Shown here one piece after another: positions 43,604 through 59,929 of a stretch of DNA of 64,000 bases. The notes below the pieces were generated by a model. It was given only the letters and a program-made list of their open reading frames with translations, made no database searches and was not told the origin of the DNA. This stretch comes from the human T2T-CHM13v2.0 reference genome, Homo sapiens: the NCBI RefSeq assembly GCF_009914755.1, contig NC_060933.1; one strand, written 5' to 3'. Position numbers and translations under genes: made by a program. The first letter of the stretch is position 1; each line of letters begins with the position of its first letter.

Positions 43604-43756
43604 AAAAAAAAAAAAACACTATTCTTAACCTCTGAATTACCATTGGACTTCCATCTGTAAAGAAAAACAGTAGTCTGAAAATATGATCAAATATTCAAGT
43701 ACAGAAAAACCAGAAAATTAATTTAAATTTGTATATATATATATATATATATATAT

Positions 43757-44036
43757 TTTTTTGTTTGTTTGTTTGTTTGTTTTGAGACAGAGTCTTGCTC
43801 TGTCACCCAGGATGCAGTGCAGTGGCGCTACTGGGTTCACTGCAACCTCTGCTTCCTGGGTTCAAGCGATTCTCCTGCCTCAGCCTCCCAAGTAGCTGGG
43901 ATTACAGGCACACACCACCATGCCCGGCTAATTTTTGTATTTTTAGTAGAGACAGGGTTTTGCCATGTTGGTCAGGCTGGTCTCAAACTCCTGACCTCAG
44001 GTGATCCACCCACCTTGGCCTCCCAAAGTGCTGGCC
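43757..44036 (-). mobile_element. AluS with a 5' deletion; (TA)n at 43732-43756
   Basis: Dimer reverse complement. Confidence 0.88.
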
Positions 44037-44288
44037 AAATTTGTAGTTAAATGAATGCAACATCTTAACTGTCACATTCAAAATATAAACTCTATTTATA
44101 AGGACATGGTGAAAGTTGCAAAGTCTTCAAAATAAACAATTACATTTGATAATTCTACTTCAATTCTATTTCAATGATATTAGGAAGAGCTTTTTGAAAA
44201 GAATAAAACATGCCTAAAATAACACATAAGTAAAGGGGACCCTAGTATCAACTGAAGTGTTGGAATTGCTATTTTTATTGTCTTATTA

Positions 44289-44627
<339 letters not shown>

Positions 44628-44990
44628 GATCATAAAGTTTCATTCCGGGAAATGTTTTATCATTCTTTATATAAAATAAACAAGACGTTTCTGAAGCAAT
44701 TATGACACTTTTAAAAGCTGGTAACTTTCTCCCCCTAATAATTTCAGAATATGAAAAACAAAAGACAAAGAGAACAAAAGAAACTTACATTTGAAAATTA
44801 GTCATAAAAAATAATTCTGATAACCACAATTTTCTAGCCAAGTTTTTTCCCAAGAACTCACTTTCAAATTACAGAAAACAAAGGCTTTTTTGATATTATG
44901 AAGGCTAAATCCCAAGAGTCACACTACTTTGTAAAACATTGTAAAAGATGAGAAAAACAGAGTTATTAGTTCTGTATTATTACTTTAAAC

Positions 44991-45196
44991 CAACCTTGTC
45001 CAACATGCAGCCCATGGGCCACATGCGGCACAGGATGGCTTTGAGTGCCGCCCAACGCAAATTCATAAACTTTCTTAAAACATTAAGATATTTTTGGTGT
45101 TTTGTTGTTGTTAGCTCATCAGCTATCGTTAGTGTTAGTGTATTTTATGTGTGGCATAAGACAATTCTTCTTCCAGTATGGCCCAGGGAAGCCCTG
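44991..45196. mobile_element. MER30-family element, second copy
   Basis: caaccttgtccaacatgcagccc...gctcatcagctatcgttagtgttagtgtattttatgtgtgg; homologous to 33075-33291. Confidence 0.8.
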
Positions 45197-45210
45197 CTTT
45201 AAACATTCCC

Positions 45211-45475
45211 TTTTTTTGAGACAGGGTATTGCTCCATCACCCAGGATGGAGTACAGCGGCATAATCAGGGCTCAAGCCATCCTCCTGCCTTGGTCTCCTG
45301 TGTAGCTAGGACTAGAGGCATGCACCACCATGCCCAGCTAATTTTTTTTATTTTTTGTAGGGATGTGGTCTCACTTCGTTGTCCAGGCTGGTCTCAAACT
45401 CCTGGGCTCAAGTGATCCTCTGGCCTAGGATTCCCAAAGTGTTGGAATTACAGGCTTGAGCCACTGCACCTGGCC
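45211..45475 (-). mobile_element. AluJ
   Basis: Dimer reverse complement with a deletion. Confidence 0.88.
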
Positions 45476-45864
45476 AATGTTAAACCTACTCCTTTTATTT
45501 AAAAAACAAAACAAAAAAAAAAAAAACTTTTCTTTCCTAGACATAAATTCTTTCTCCTGAAAACATATCACTGCATTTAATTGCAGACTACTTCAATATA
45601 AAATGAAAAGGATTTCTCAAAATTATACTTAATATTTATATCCTAAGTGTCTCAAATGCAATTTTCCGTAAGGTTTGACTGCTATGATAACAGATTACGG
45701 TTTAAGGGAAGAATGGAAGATAATCAAGCAGAATGAAGACATTTTTAAAAGGAAGGAAAACTTGGACAAGTGAATGCAGACGACCAAAAGAAAAAAAGAC
45801 TGTACCACGGGTAAACAAATTAATGTATACAAAAGAAGGCCTTAACTAGCAAAATGTGAAGACA

Positions 45865-46080
45865 TAGGGGAGTGGCGGGGCAGGTGCTGGCTGCAAACAA
45901 CACTGTGTGTTTCTAAGGAGACTGTCCTTAGAAACACACAGCAAATTTACATAAGTCCAGCAGTTGCTCTGTGGACTTGTCAGCTCTCTGGCTAAGTCAG
46001 CACACAATCAGCTTTACTGGCTCAAGTATCAATTACTGAAGCTCTCGCCTGCTGATGCATAATTCACGGGGCTAACAAAG
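45865..46080. promoter_or_regulatory. Candidate intronic enhancer (motif cluster in apparently non-repeat DNA)
   Basis: GC-box-like gggagtggcgggg, E-box caggtg, and MARE/ARE-like TGCTGACTTAGC (minus strand, 45991-46002). Motif evidence only. Confidence 0.3.
45903..45941. repeat. Perfect 17-bp inverted repeat with a 5-nt loop
   Basis: ctgtgtgtttctaagga-gactg-tccttagaaacacacag. Confidence 0.95.
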
Positions 46081-46557
46081 CAAAGAAATACTGTAATTAA
46101 ACAGCACAAATAAGTGTTTCATCATCAAATTTGATAGGAATTGGTTTTATTTAGCATTAAAGACGTTGAAGTAACATGTACGGATGATTCTGAAAATAAA
46201 CCATTAATTCATGGTTAAACTTCATGTATCTAAAATGCATATGAAATTCAAGAAAAGATATTTGTTTTAATCTATCAAGATACTACATGACTATACAAAA
46301 GAGGCTATCAAAAAACTACTTCATAATTTTCCAGAATCCTAGACCTTTTTTTTTTAAATTAATAGCATCTTAAATACTGAAATATCCAAGTCCTACCTTT
46401 TTCTAACAGATAGTCTAGTGACCCCGTGTGAACACTTCCCAGGACAGAAAACTCATACTGGTTCTGCTCTAAGTTTTTCCAAAAACAGAAATAAAAGTGA
46501 TATTGATATGGAGTTTCACTATACCATATGCATGTATTGATTATGGTCTCCTGATTA

Positions 46558-47049
<492 letters not shown>

Positions 47050-47645
47050 TTAGACATTTAGCCTTTTAACATTCACCTTTCCATAGCCTCCTGTAACTAT
47101 AAACACATCTAAACCTAAAGACATTTGCTATTGGTAACTCTACTGACTGACCCATTTGAATGAGATCACATTCTCACATACACTGTGGCCCCATCAACAC
47201 CTTTCATCTACTGAGTGTGATTATCCCTAAATATTCTCTAAAGAATAGTTACCAAATTGTTCATTTGTGACATTTTTATTCCAAGACTGCCACTGTTGAG
47301 ATTCTAGGGCAGTGGGAACAAAAAAGAATAGTTAAAGGTAGAGGAAATTTTTTCAATGAGCAGCTGTGGCAATGTTTAAAAACTACTGTTTGGACACAGT
47401 TTCAATAAAATGATTCTGACTGCCTTCATTTTATATGGACATCTTAACAACAAAATATCAACACTTTTTTTGAAGACAGCATATTGAATATTTTCTTTAA
47501 TGCCTGCAAGTAATTCCTCTAAAAAGCCTTCTAATTCATGATATCCAATCAAAAAGACATTCATTTGAATATTTATTCAGTTCTTACCATACAGGTATAG
47601 CCCATACATATTGAATTCAGTATGTATAAATGTGTTAGCAATAAT

Positions 47646-48340
47646 ATTCATTCATTCAACAAATTCGATAAATATTTACTGAGCCACCAGCTATGTGCCA
47701 GGCCTTTAACCACTGGGGAAGATTAGGGAACAAACGAAATCCCTGCCCTTACCTTAATGGAGCTTACAATCTTGCACAAAGAAACATAATAATCAAAGTA
47801 AGTAAATTATGTATTATGTCCTAAAGTCTTAAGTGCTTCTTAAAAAGTAGGAGAAAAAGCATCAGGAGTGCCAGAGGTGAAAAGAATTTCAATTTCAAAT
47901 AGGACAGCAAGGTACGACTTAAGAGAAAAAGGCATTTAACCAAAGTCTTACAAGTAGTAAGGAGTAAGCATGTAGATATCTGAGGGAAGAATGTTGTAGG
48001 TAGAGGAAACAAAATGCCTTGCATGTTCTGGAAAAACAGTAAGGAGGCAATTATGGCTGAAAGAGAATGAGCAAGGGGAGAAGTAAAGAGATTAGAGAGA
48101 AGGTGTGTCATAGCATGCAGGGCCTTAACGGCCATTCTAAAGAACCTTACTCTGAGCGAAATGAGGGAAAGAGAGTTTTGAACAGGAGTGAAAAGATCAA
48201 TTTGCTTTTTTAAAGGATCACTCTGGCTGCTGTGTTAAGAACAGTCTTTAACAAGACAAAGAGGGAAGGACTCTGGTTAGGAAGCTGTGATGATAATCCG
48301 GATTAAGGGCCAGGGCAGTTGCAGTTATGGTGGAAAATGT
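47646..48340 (-). mobile_element. L2 3' end
   Basis: attcattcattcaacaaa...atatttactgagc...tatgtgccaggc; aaaggatcactctggctgctgtg. Confidence 0.75.
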
Positions 48341-48359
48341 GTGTTTTTTTTTTTAATAT

Positions 48360-48792
48360 ACGATTGGCCCACCGTATCCATGGGTTCTGCATCTGTAGAT
48401 TCAAACAATCACAGATTGAAAATATTTGGAAAAAAACTGCATCTGTATAAACATGTACAGACTTTTTTTGTCATTATTCCCTAAGCAATACAGCATAACA
48501 ACTATTTACATAGCATTAAATCGTATTATAAATAACCTAGAGATGACTTAAAGTATTCAGAAGGAACTGAGTTAAGTTATATGGAAATACAGTTGACCCT
48601 GAACAACATGAGTGAGTTTGAACTGCCCGAGTCCAAATGAGGATCAAAAATACAGTATTCCCAGGATGCAAAACCCAGTTATATGAAGGTTGACTTTTTA
48701 TACATGCAGGCAGACTTCACCTATACAGAGCCAACTGGAGAACTTGAGTATGCATGGATTTTGGTCCCCCCTAGATACTGAGGGACAACTGT
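48360..48792. mobile_element. MER2-like Tigger element (48360-48589) abutted at a TA by a MER8/Tigger2-like element (48590-48792)
   Basis: ccgtatccatgggttctgcatctgtagattcaa; ta|cagttgaccctgaacaac...gatactgagggacaactg|ta. Confidence 0.7.
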
Positions 48793-48811
48793 ACTCTGAA
48801 ACAGATTTGCT

Positions 48812-49125
48812 AGCCAGGCACAGTGTATCAGGCCTGTAATCCCAGCAACTTGGGAGGATGAGGCAGGACAGCTTAAGGCCAGGAGTCTGAGACCAGCCTG
48901 GACAAGAGCTAAACCCTGTCTCTGAAAAAAAACGGTTTTTTAATTAGCCGGGTGTGGTGACTTATGCCTGTAGTCCCAGCTACATGGGAGGCTGAAGCAA
49001 GAGGATCATCAGAGCCCAGGACGTTGGAGGCTGCAGTGCTCTAGGATCGTGCCTGTGAGTAGCCACTGCACTTCAGCCTGGGCAACATAGTGAAATCCCA
49101 CATCTTTATTTTAAAAAGAAAAAAA
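48812..49125 (+). mobile_element. Ancient Alu-like dimer with a FAM-type right arm
   Basis: Right arm keeps gatcgtgcctgtgagtagccactgcac. Confidence 0.8.
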
Positions 49126-49386
49126 GAGTCAATGTAATGAAACAAAAAGACTGAGGACCTATTTCAGATTAATTTCCTGATTTTGTTAACTGTATCACAG
49201 TAATGAATGGGAAATTCTTTGTTTATAGGTAATACACTCAAATATTTAGGGGTTAAAGAATAAACTCTAGTCTCAAAGCATCTTCCAACAAATCATTGAT
49301 TACGAAAAGAAAATTGGTAACTTTACAATGGAAAAGCCTGGCAGAAAATCACCTTAACCAAGTGATTAAGACATAAAAAAAAGTGG

Positions 49387-49620
49387 GGAAGCTAAGGCAG
49401 GAGGATCACTTAAGGCCACGAGTTCGAGACCAGGCTGGGCAACATAGTGAGACCCTGTATCTACAAAACAACAATAACAATAACAACAACAATTCACTGA
49501 GCGTGGTGGTGCATGCCTGTGGTCCCCAGCTGTTCAAGGACTGAGACAAGAGGATCACTTGAGCCCAGGAGATCAAGGCTGCTGTGATCTGTGTTCATAC
49601 CACTGAATGAACGAGACCTT
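49387..49620 (+). mobile_element. Truncated AluJ
   Basis: Partial dimer followed by a T-run then an A-run. Confidence 0.82.
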
Positions 49621-49904
49621 GTTTTTTTTTTTGTTTTTTTTTTTTTTAAAAAAAAAAAAAGGACGTGTGTGTGTGCGTTTACATCTATAGAAAGACTATA
49701 TATGGAAGGGGAAATGGTAAGACAATCGGGGAAATGATAAACAAATGAAAAATGGTGCAAATATGAACTGGGTAAAGGATATACAAGTTCTTTGTACTCT
49801 TCTTATAATCTTTCTGTAACTTTATATTAAAATAAAATTTTAAAAAATAATAATAAATCAATGAAATTCACCACATTAGTACACTAAGAAAAAATAAACT
49901 GTTA

Positions 49905-50216
<312 letters not shown>

Positions 50217-50359
50217 ATCAAAGTACATATGTGGTACGTACACACTATGGTAAGCTATCAGATAAAGATAACATGATCATATAAGAAAGTCTTACCCATA
50301 GTAATTTACAACAAAAAAGTACTTGCACTTACATAATCTTACTCTGACATTAATAAGAC

Positions 50360-50519
50360 TTTTTTTCTTTTAAGAGACAGGGTCTCGCTCTGTCACCCGG
50401 GCTGGACTGCAGTGATGTAATCACAGCTCACAGTAACCTCCTCTCATGGGCTCGAATAATCCTCCTACCTCAACCTACCAAAGCACTGGGACTACAGGTG
50501 TGTGCCACTACACCCAGCC
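50360..50519 (-). mobile_element. Alu right monomer/FRAM-like
   Basis: Single arm; TSD-like taataag. Confidence 0.75.
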
Positions 50520-50579
50520 TAATAAGTTATTTTTATATTCATTTCTTCAATATTTATTCACCATTGTGAGCAGGCAGCT

Positions 50580-50960
50580 GTATTGTTTATCCATGCCTGG
50601 ATAACTAATTACTCCAAAATTTAGCAGCTGGAAAAAACAAATATTTTGTAACTTAATTTGTGGAAGTCAGAAACCTGGACATGGCTTAGCTAGGTCCTCT
50701 GGAGAGTCTATCACAGACCGGAATCATCTCAAGGCTTAACAGAACACATGAAGGATCCACTTCCACACTTACTCAAGTGGTTGCTGGCAGGACTCAGTTT
50801 GTACATGGGCCTGTCCATAAGATAACTTACAACATGGCAGCTCACTTTTATCAGAGTGAGCAAAAAGAAAGCAAAGCCCAAGTCTTTTGGAAGCTAATCC
50901 TTTTAAGTAGATTTAAGTCCACCATCTCGCCATTTGTTGTCTTTGGCTCAACTGTTCTTT
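50580..50960 (-). mobile_element. Old MLT1 LTR fragment
   Basis: aattactccaaaatttagcagc; ggacatggcttagctagg; gttgctggcaggactcagtt; ttacaacatggcagct. Confidence 0.55.
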
Positions 50961-51018
50961 AACCTATCTTAAACATAGATAGATTAAAAGAAAAGGAAAA
51001 GGAATAGGAAAAAAATAC

Positions 51019-51357
51019 AGTCAGCTCTCCATACCGATGAATTCATCCATGGATGAACCAACTGACGACGGAAAACATTTGGGAAAAAAAGTTCCACAAA
51101 GTTACAAAAAGCAAAAGTTGAATTTGCCATGTGCCAAATACTACCTTAAATGAATCCACGCAAATGAGGTTATGTGTAAGCACTGTATTAGGCATTCTAA
51201 GTAATCTAGAGGTGATTTAAAGTATACAGCAGGATGTGCTATAAGTTATATGCAAATACTGCTCTCTTTATATAAAAGACTTCAGCCTCTGCATCCACAA
51301 ATTTTGGGGTCCTTGGGAAGTACTGGACCAATCTCCCAAGGACAAGAGGGACAAATG
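51019..51357. mobile_element. MER2B-like Tigger element
   Basis: ta|cagtcagctctccatacc...gagggacaaatg|ta; internal taagtaatctagaggtgatttaaagtatac. Confidence 0.7.
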
Positions 51358-51565
51358 TATACCACACAAATACCAATCATAAGAAAGCTGGAATGGCTAC
51401 ATTAACATTAGACAAAGTACACTTCAAGATAGGAACTATTACTGAGATAAAAATGTATATTTCACAAGGAGACAAAAGGTCAACTCATCAAGATATAACA
51501 CTCCTAAATGTGAATACATATAGTAACTGAGCTTCAAAACACGTAAAGCAAAAACTGACAGAACA

Positions 51566-51844
51566 GCTGGGTGCAGTAGCTCGTGCCTCTAATCCCAGCA
51601 CTTTGAGAGGTCAAAGTGGGAGGTTCGCTTGAGCCCAGAAGTTTGAGATCGGCCTGCACAACAGAACAAGGACTCATCTCTACAAAAATTTAAAAATTAG
51701 CCAGAGACAGCGGTGTGTACCTTCAGTCCCAGCCACTCAGGAGGCGGAGGCGGGAGGATCCCTTAAGCCTAGAAGAGAGCCTGGGCTAGAGAGCGAGACC
51801 CTGTCTCAAACAAAACAAAACAAAACAAAAAAACAAAAAAGAAA
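51566..51844 (+). mobile_element. AluJ with a right-arm deletion
   Basis: Dimer with (AAAAC)n tail. Confidence 0.85.
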
Positions 51845-51929
51845 CACCTCACAGAACTACAAAAAGAAATACACAAATCTACAATTGCGGACAGAAATTT
51901 CAATATTTCTCTTCTCTTTAACAGAATAA

Positions 51930-52281
<352 letters not shown>

Positions 52282-52638
52282 CCCACTGACATTTAAAAGG
52301 CACTACACCCAACAAAATTAGACTACACATTCAAGTGTACACAGAACATTCATAAAGACAAACCATGTTTAACATAAAACAAACTTCTGGATACATAAAG
52401 GGACCGAAATGATACAAAACATCTTATCTGATCAAAGTAGTAAGCTTTAAAAAAAAAAAAATCAGTAACAAAAAGATATCTGGAAAACCAAAATATTTAT
52501 AAATTAAACACATTTATAAAAAATCATGGGCCAAAAGAGAAGTCCCAAGGAAGAACACAAAATATTTTGAACTAAGTGAAAATTAAAGCCCGGCCATATC
52601 AAAAGTTGTGGGATGCAGCTAAAGAAATAGAAAATTTG

Positions 52639-52763
52639 TACTCAGGAGGCTGAGGAGGAGGATCACTTGAGCCCAGTTCAAGGCTGTAGTGAGCTATGAT
52701 AGCGCCACTGTACTTCAGCCTGGGTGACAAGGTGAAATCCTGTCTCAAAAAATAAAAATAAAA
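52639..52763 (+). mobile_element. Alu right-arm fragment
   Basis: ctcaggaggctgagg...gagctatgatagcgccactg. Confidence 0.8.
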
Positions 52764-53295
52764 AACTATTTTAAAAAAGAAAGAAATAGAACATCTGAAT
52801 AACATGGTTTTAAAAACTTAATTCATAATTTAAAACCTTCCAACAAAGAAAATACACTCACAAATAGCTACACTGATGAATTCTATCAAAGAGTTTTAAA
52901 AGAAATAATACCAATCTTACACAAATTATTTCAAACAGAAGGGAACACTTTCCAACTCATGTCAGTTGTGGTCATCTAACAGTTCCTTGTCTTTCAAGGA
53001 ATTTGTACATTTGGTCTAAGTTACTCATTATTTCCTTCCTTCTACTTTCTTGGAATTTAATTTTCTCTGAATAAAAATGAAAACAGGATAAAAATTTTGA
53101 GATAGTGCTAAAGCCGTGCTTACAGGGAAATTTATATCATTAAATGATTACATTAAAAAAGATCTCTAGTCACAACAGCAAGTGTTGCCAATACATTGTT
53201 AACAATGGTAACTCTCATACATTAATAGACAGTACTCTGGAACCATCTAGTAAAGTTAAGCATATGCATTACACCTGGATCATCCAGTTTCTCTT

Positions 53296-53795
53296 GTGGC
53301 ATGGTAGGCAGACTTCTAAGGTGGTGCCAAATGATCCCCATCTCCTAGAATTCATGTCCAAGTGTAATTCTCTCTCCTAAAGTATAGGTTGCACCTAGAG
53401 ACTCGCTTCTACTGAACAGAATACAGCAAAAATGACGGAATGCCACTTCTGAAATTAGGTTTCAAAAGACTTTTACCTCATACTCTCTCACTCTCTTTTT
53501 ACATATTTATAAGAAGCAAGTTGCCCTAAGGAGAGAAGCACATGGCAAGAAATTGAGTGTGGCTTCCAGTAAGGCCTTTAGCTCAAAGGCCCAGGAGATG
53601 ACTCCTGCCAACAACCACACAAGTGAGCTCGAACATGGATTCTTCCCTGGAAGATGACTGCAGCACCCACCAGCACCTTGTAAAAGTTCTAGAACCAGAA
53701 AACCCAAGTAACCCACGCCCAGATTCCTGACACACAGACACTGGCAGATAACAAATTTTAATACTAACAAATAAATGTTGTTTTAAGCTGCTTAA
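53296..53795 (+). mobile_element. MLT1E/F-like MaLR solo LTR
   Basis: tggtaggcagacttctaaggtggtgccaaatgatcccc...cagattcctgacacacagacac...aataaatgttgttttaagc. Confidence 0.7.
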
Positions 53796-53808
53796 AAAGA
53801 AGGTATCA

Positions 53809-54560
<752 letters not shown>

Positions 54561-54759
54561 AGATATCAAGTCAAGAAAAGCAAATTAAACTCAATGTAAA
54601 TAGAAAGAAGGAAATAAAGAGTAAAACTGATGAAATTCAAGAGTCAATCAACACAGGAAATGAATAAAACCGAAAGCTGCTTTTCAAATAGACCAACAAT
54701 ACTGAAAGCTAGACCAATCAGGAAAAAAAGAAAATATCAATTATGAATATCGGTACTGA

Positions 54760-55113
<354 letters not shown>

Positions 55114-55531
55114 ATCCATTATGAACAACTTTACATGCATAAATCCCAACAACTTAGTTGAAATACAAAAATTCCTTGAAAGATACAAATCCAACACCCA
55201 TTAATGTTACCAAAGAACAACAAACAAGAAATAAGAAATGTTTCCAACTTAAAAAAGGGCATCTAAGAAAAACCTACAGCTAAGAAAAACTGCCTGTTTT
55301 CCCGTAAGGAGCAGCAGTAAGGCAAAGACACATAGAAGTCAGAAAAAGAAATAAAGGTCACCCAGATTAGAAAAGAATAAAACTACATTCTCAGATGACA
55401 TGATCATGTACATTAAAAATCCTAAGAAATTTACCCAAAAAAAGGTAATAAGTAAGTTTTTATAGCAATATCACAAAACACAAGATCAATATGCAAAGTA
55501 TTTCTATATATTGACAATAAAACACCATTTA

Positions 55532-55948
<417 letters not shown>

Positions 55949-55968
55949 TCAATATGCTTGAAATGTCA

Positions 55969-56303
<335 letters not shown>

Positions 56304-56405
56304 TTTCATTTACAATAGCTACAAAAAAAAAATACTCAGAAATAAATTTAACCAAGAAGGGTACATCGAAAATTACAAAACACTGAAGACGGAAATTGAA
56401 GACAC

Positions 56406-56577
56406 AGCCAGGAGCAGTAGCCCACACCTGTAATCCCAGCATTCTGGGAGGCCAAGGCAGGAGGATCACTTAAGCTCAGCAGTTCGAGACCAACCTGGGC
56501 AATACAGAGAAACTGCGACTTTACAAAAATAAAAAAATAGCCAGGTGTGGTAGCGTGTGCCTATAGTCCCAGGTATT
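56406..56577 (+). mobile_element. AluJ 5' part; a matching right arm may be the piece at 57276-57444
   Basis: Left arm plus the start of the right arm. Confidence 0.75.
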
Positions 56578-57275
56578 CAACAGCCAACAGGTATATAAAA
56601 ACGTGTTTAACATCACTAATCATCAAGACACTACAAATTAAAACCACAAGGAAATATGACCTCACATCTGTTAGAATAGCTATTATCAAAAAAGGAAAAA
56701 AAGAAACCCTTGTACACAGTTGGTGGGAATGTAAATTAGTACAGTCATTATGGAAAACAGTATGGAAGTTTCTAAAAATATTAAAAATACAACTACCATA
56801 TGATCCAGCAATCTTTCTACTGGGTATATATCCAGAGGAAATGGAGTCAGTATGTTGAAAAGACATCTGCATTCCCATGTTCATTGCAGAATTATTCACA
56901 ATAGCCAAAATATGAAACCAATCAAAATGTCCCTCAGTGGATGAATGGATAAACAAAATGTGGTATACATGTACAATGGAATATTACTCAGTCTTTAAAA
57001 AGAAGGAAATCCTGTCATGAGACAACATGGATAAACCCGGAGGACACTGCGTTAAGCAAAATAAGCCAGGCGCAGAAAGTCAAATGCTGCATGATCCCAC
57101 TTACACGTAGAATCTAAGAAAGCTGAAATCATAGAAGCTGAGAGTATAATTGTGGTTACCAGGGGCTGGGGGTGAAACTGAGGAGATTTTGGTCAAGGAT
57201 ACAAAATTTCAGTTAGCAGAAATAAGTTCGAGAGATCAATTGTTTAACATGGTGACTATATACTTCAGTTTTTAA

Positions 57276-57429
57276 AATTAGCTGGGCATGGTGGCATGCA
57301 CCCTATAGGCCTAGCTACTCAGGAGGCTGAGGTGGGAGGATCACTTGAGCCCAGGAGTTCAAGGCTGCAGTGAGCTATGATTGCACCACTGCAATACAGC
57401 CTGGGCAACAGGACGAGACCCTTTCTCTT

Positions 57430-57467
<38 letters not shown>

Positions 57468-57470
57468 TAT
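57276..57470 (+). mobile_element. Alu right monomer with an A/(TA)n tail
   Basis: attagctgggcatggtgg...gagctatgattgcaccactgc. Confidence 0.85.
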
Positions 57471-58285
57471 TTTTAAGTGTTATCACCAGAAAAAATGATA
57501 AGTGAGACAATGCATATGTTAATTAGCTTGATTTAGTCACTGCACAATGTATATTACAAAACATGTTGTATATCATGAATATATACAATTTTTGTCAATT
57601 AAAACTAAAAAACACATTTTAAAAAATAAAATGTCAAACATCAAATGACCTGTAGATTTTAATCAATGCCAGGGAAAATCACAGCTTTGTCTATATAATA
57701 TGACAAGCTGACTTTAAATTTTAAAATGAAAATCAAATGATCTAGAATAGCCAAAGCAATTTTGATAAGAACAAAACGACTCGACTTTAAGATATACTAT
57801 AAACCCACCGTCATCAAGACAGTGTGATATTAACATAAGAATGGAAAACTAGATCAAGGGATAAGAATACAGTATACAGAAACAGACCCACTTACGTATG
57901 GTAAGTTGATTTTCAAATAACAGTGCCAACACAATTCAGTCTGGAGAGGAAAATCTTTTCAACAAATGGTGCCGAACTACCTGGACTGTTTACTCACGCC
58001 ATACACAAAAATAAATTTGAGATACATCTGAGACCTAAACCATAAAAGCTAAAACTACAGGCTTCTTAAAGCAAATAAATGAGAAAATCTTCCTTCTCAT
58101 CTTTGGAATAAGCAGATTCCTTAGTTAGATGAGACATACAAAGCTATAACCTAAAAGGAAAAGAAATTAAATGTATCAAAATTAAATTCTTCTATTTATC
58201 AAAAGACACCATTAAGGAATGAACAAACAAGCCACAGACAGGAAAATATTCACAATACATACACCTGACAAAGGACTTATATTCA

Positions 58286-58735
<450 letters not shown>

Positions 58736-59029
58736 CTATTCTTGGACCCATCAGGGAAGTAAGGTCATGAGGCAAATCACCACATCAAAATCTGAAGACT
58801 GCCGAATCCAGAGTCACAATCGAGGTATCCTTGTCTGGAGCAGAATCTGCTGGAACTATAAATTGACAGGACTACTTAAATGGTAACTCTGACAAACTGC
58901 TGAGTATGAACTAACATACAAGTAAGAAACCCTCAGAGCCTGTAGTCCTAAGGGGCCCCCATACTTCCCTAGGCTTTACCCTCCAGGAACCCTACACCAA
59001 GTTCTCAAGGTGAAGATACAAAAAGGCCC

Positions 59030-59404
<375 letters not shown>

Positions 59405-59929
59405 TTATCCTGATGTTTTCAAAAAACTTTACTTAGTCCAATCTAGGGAATGGGTATTTCCTAAACTCCAGTCCCTTCTGGCTTACCTGGCCTACCTAAG
59501 GGGGAAAAAAACTGTGAAACACTTGTGAAAGTCACATATCAGAGGCACAGACACAGGCCTGGGGAACAGCTGATATTAATCAAAAGGCTATGGAATGCTT
59601 CTCTCCCCAACACCTTACCACATCTCAGGACTCTAGTATAGCAAAGGATTATAGCTCAAAGAGCTGCAAGGCTCAGACTCTAGAAGAGGGGGCAAAAACA
59701 AGGACACTGAAGAAAATCCTAGCCAGAATAACATAAAACTCACCCTAAAGGCCTTTTACCTCAGTTCCTATTCTCTGATACAACATGTCTGGCTTTCAAC
59801 AAAAAATTACAAGGTGTGTTTAAACCTTTTAAGAAAAAACACAGACTAAAGAGACAAAACAAGCATCAGGACCAGATTCAAACAGGACACAGATTTTGGA
59901 ATTATCAGACATGGTTTAAAATAACAACT

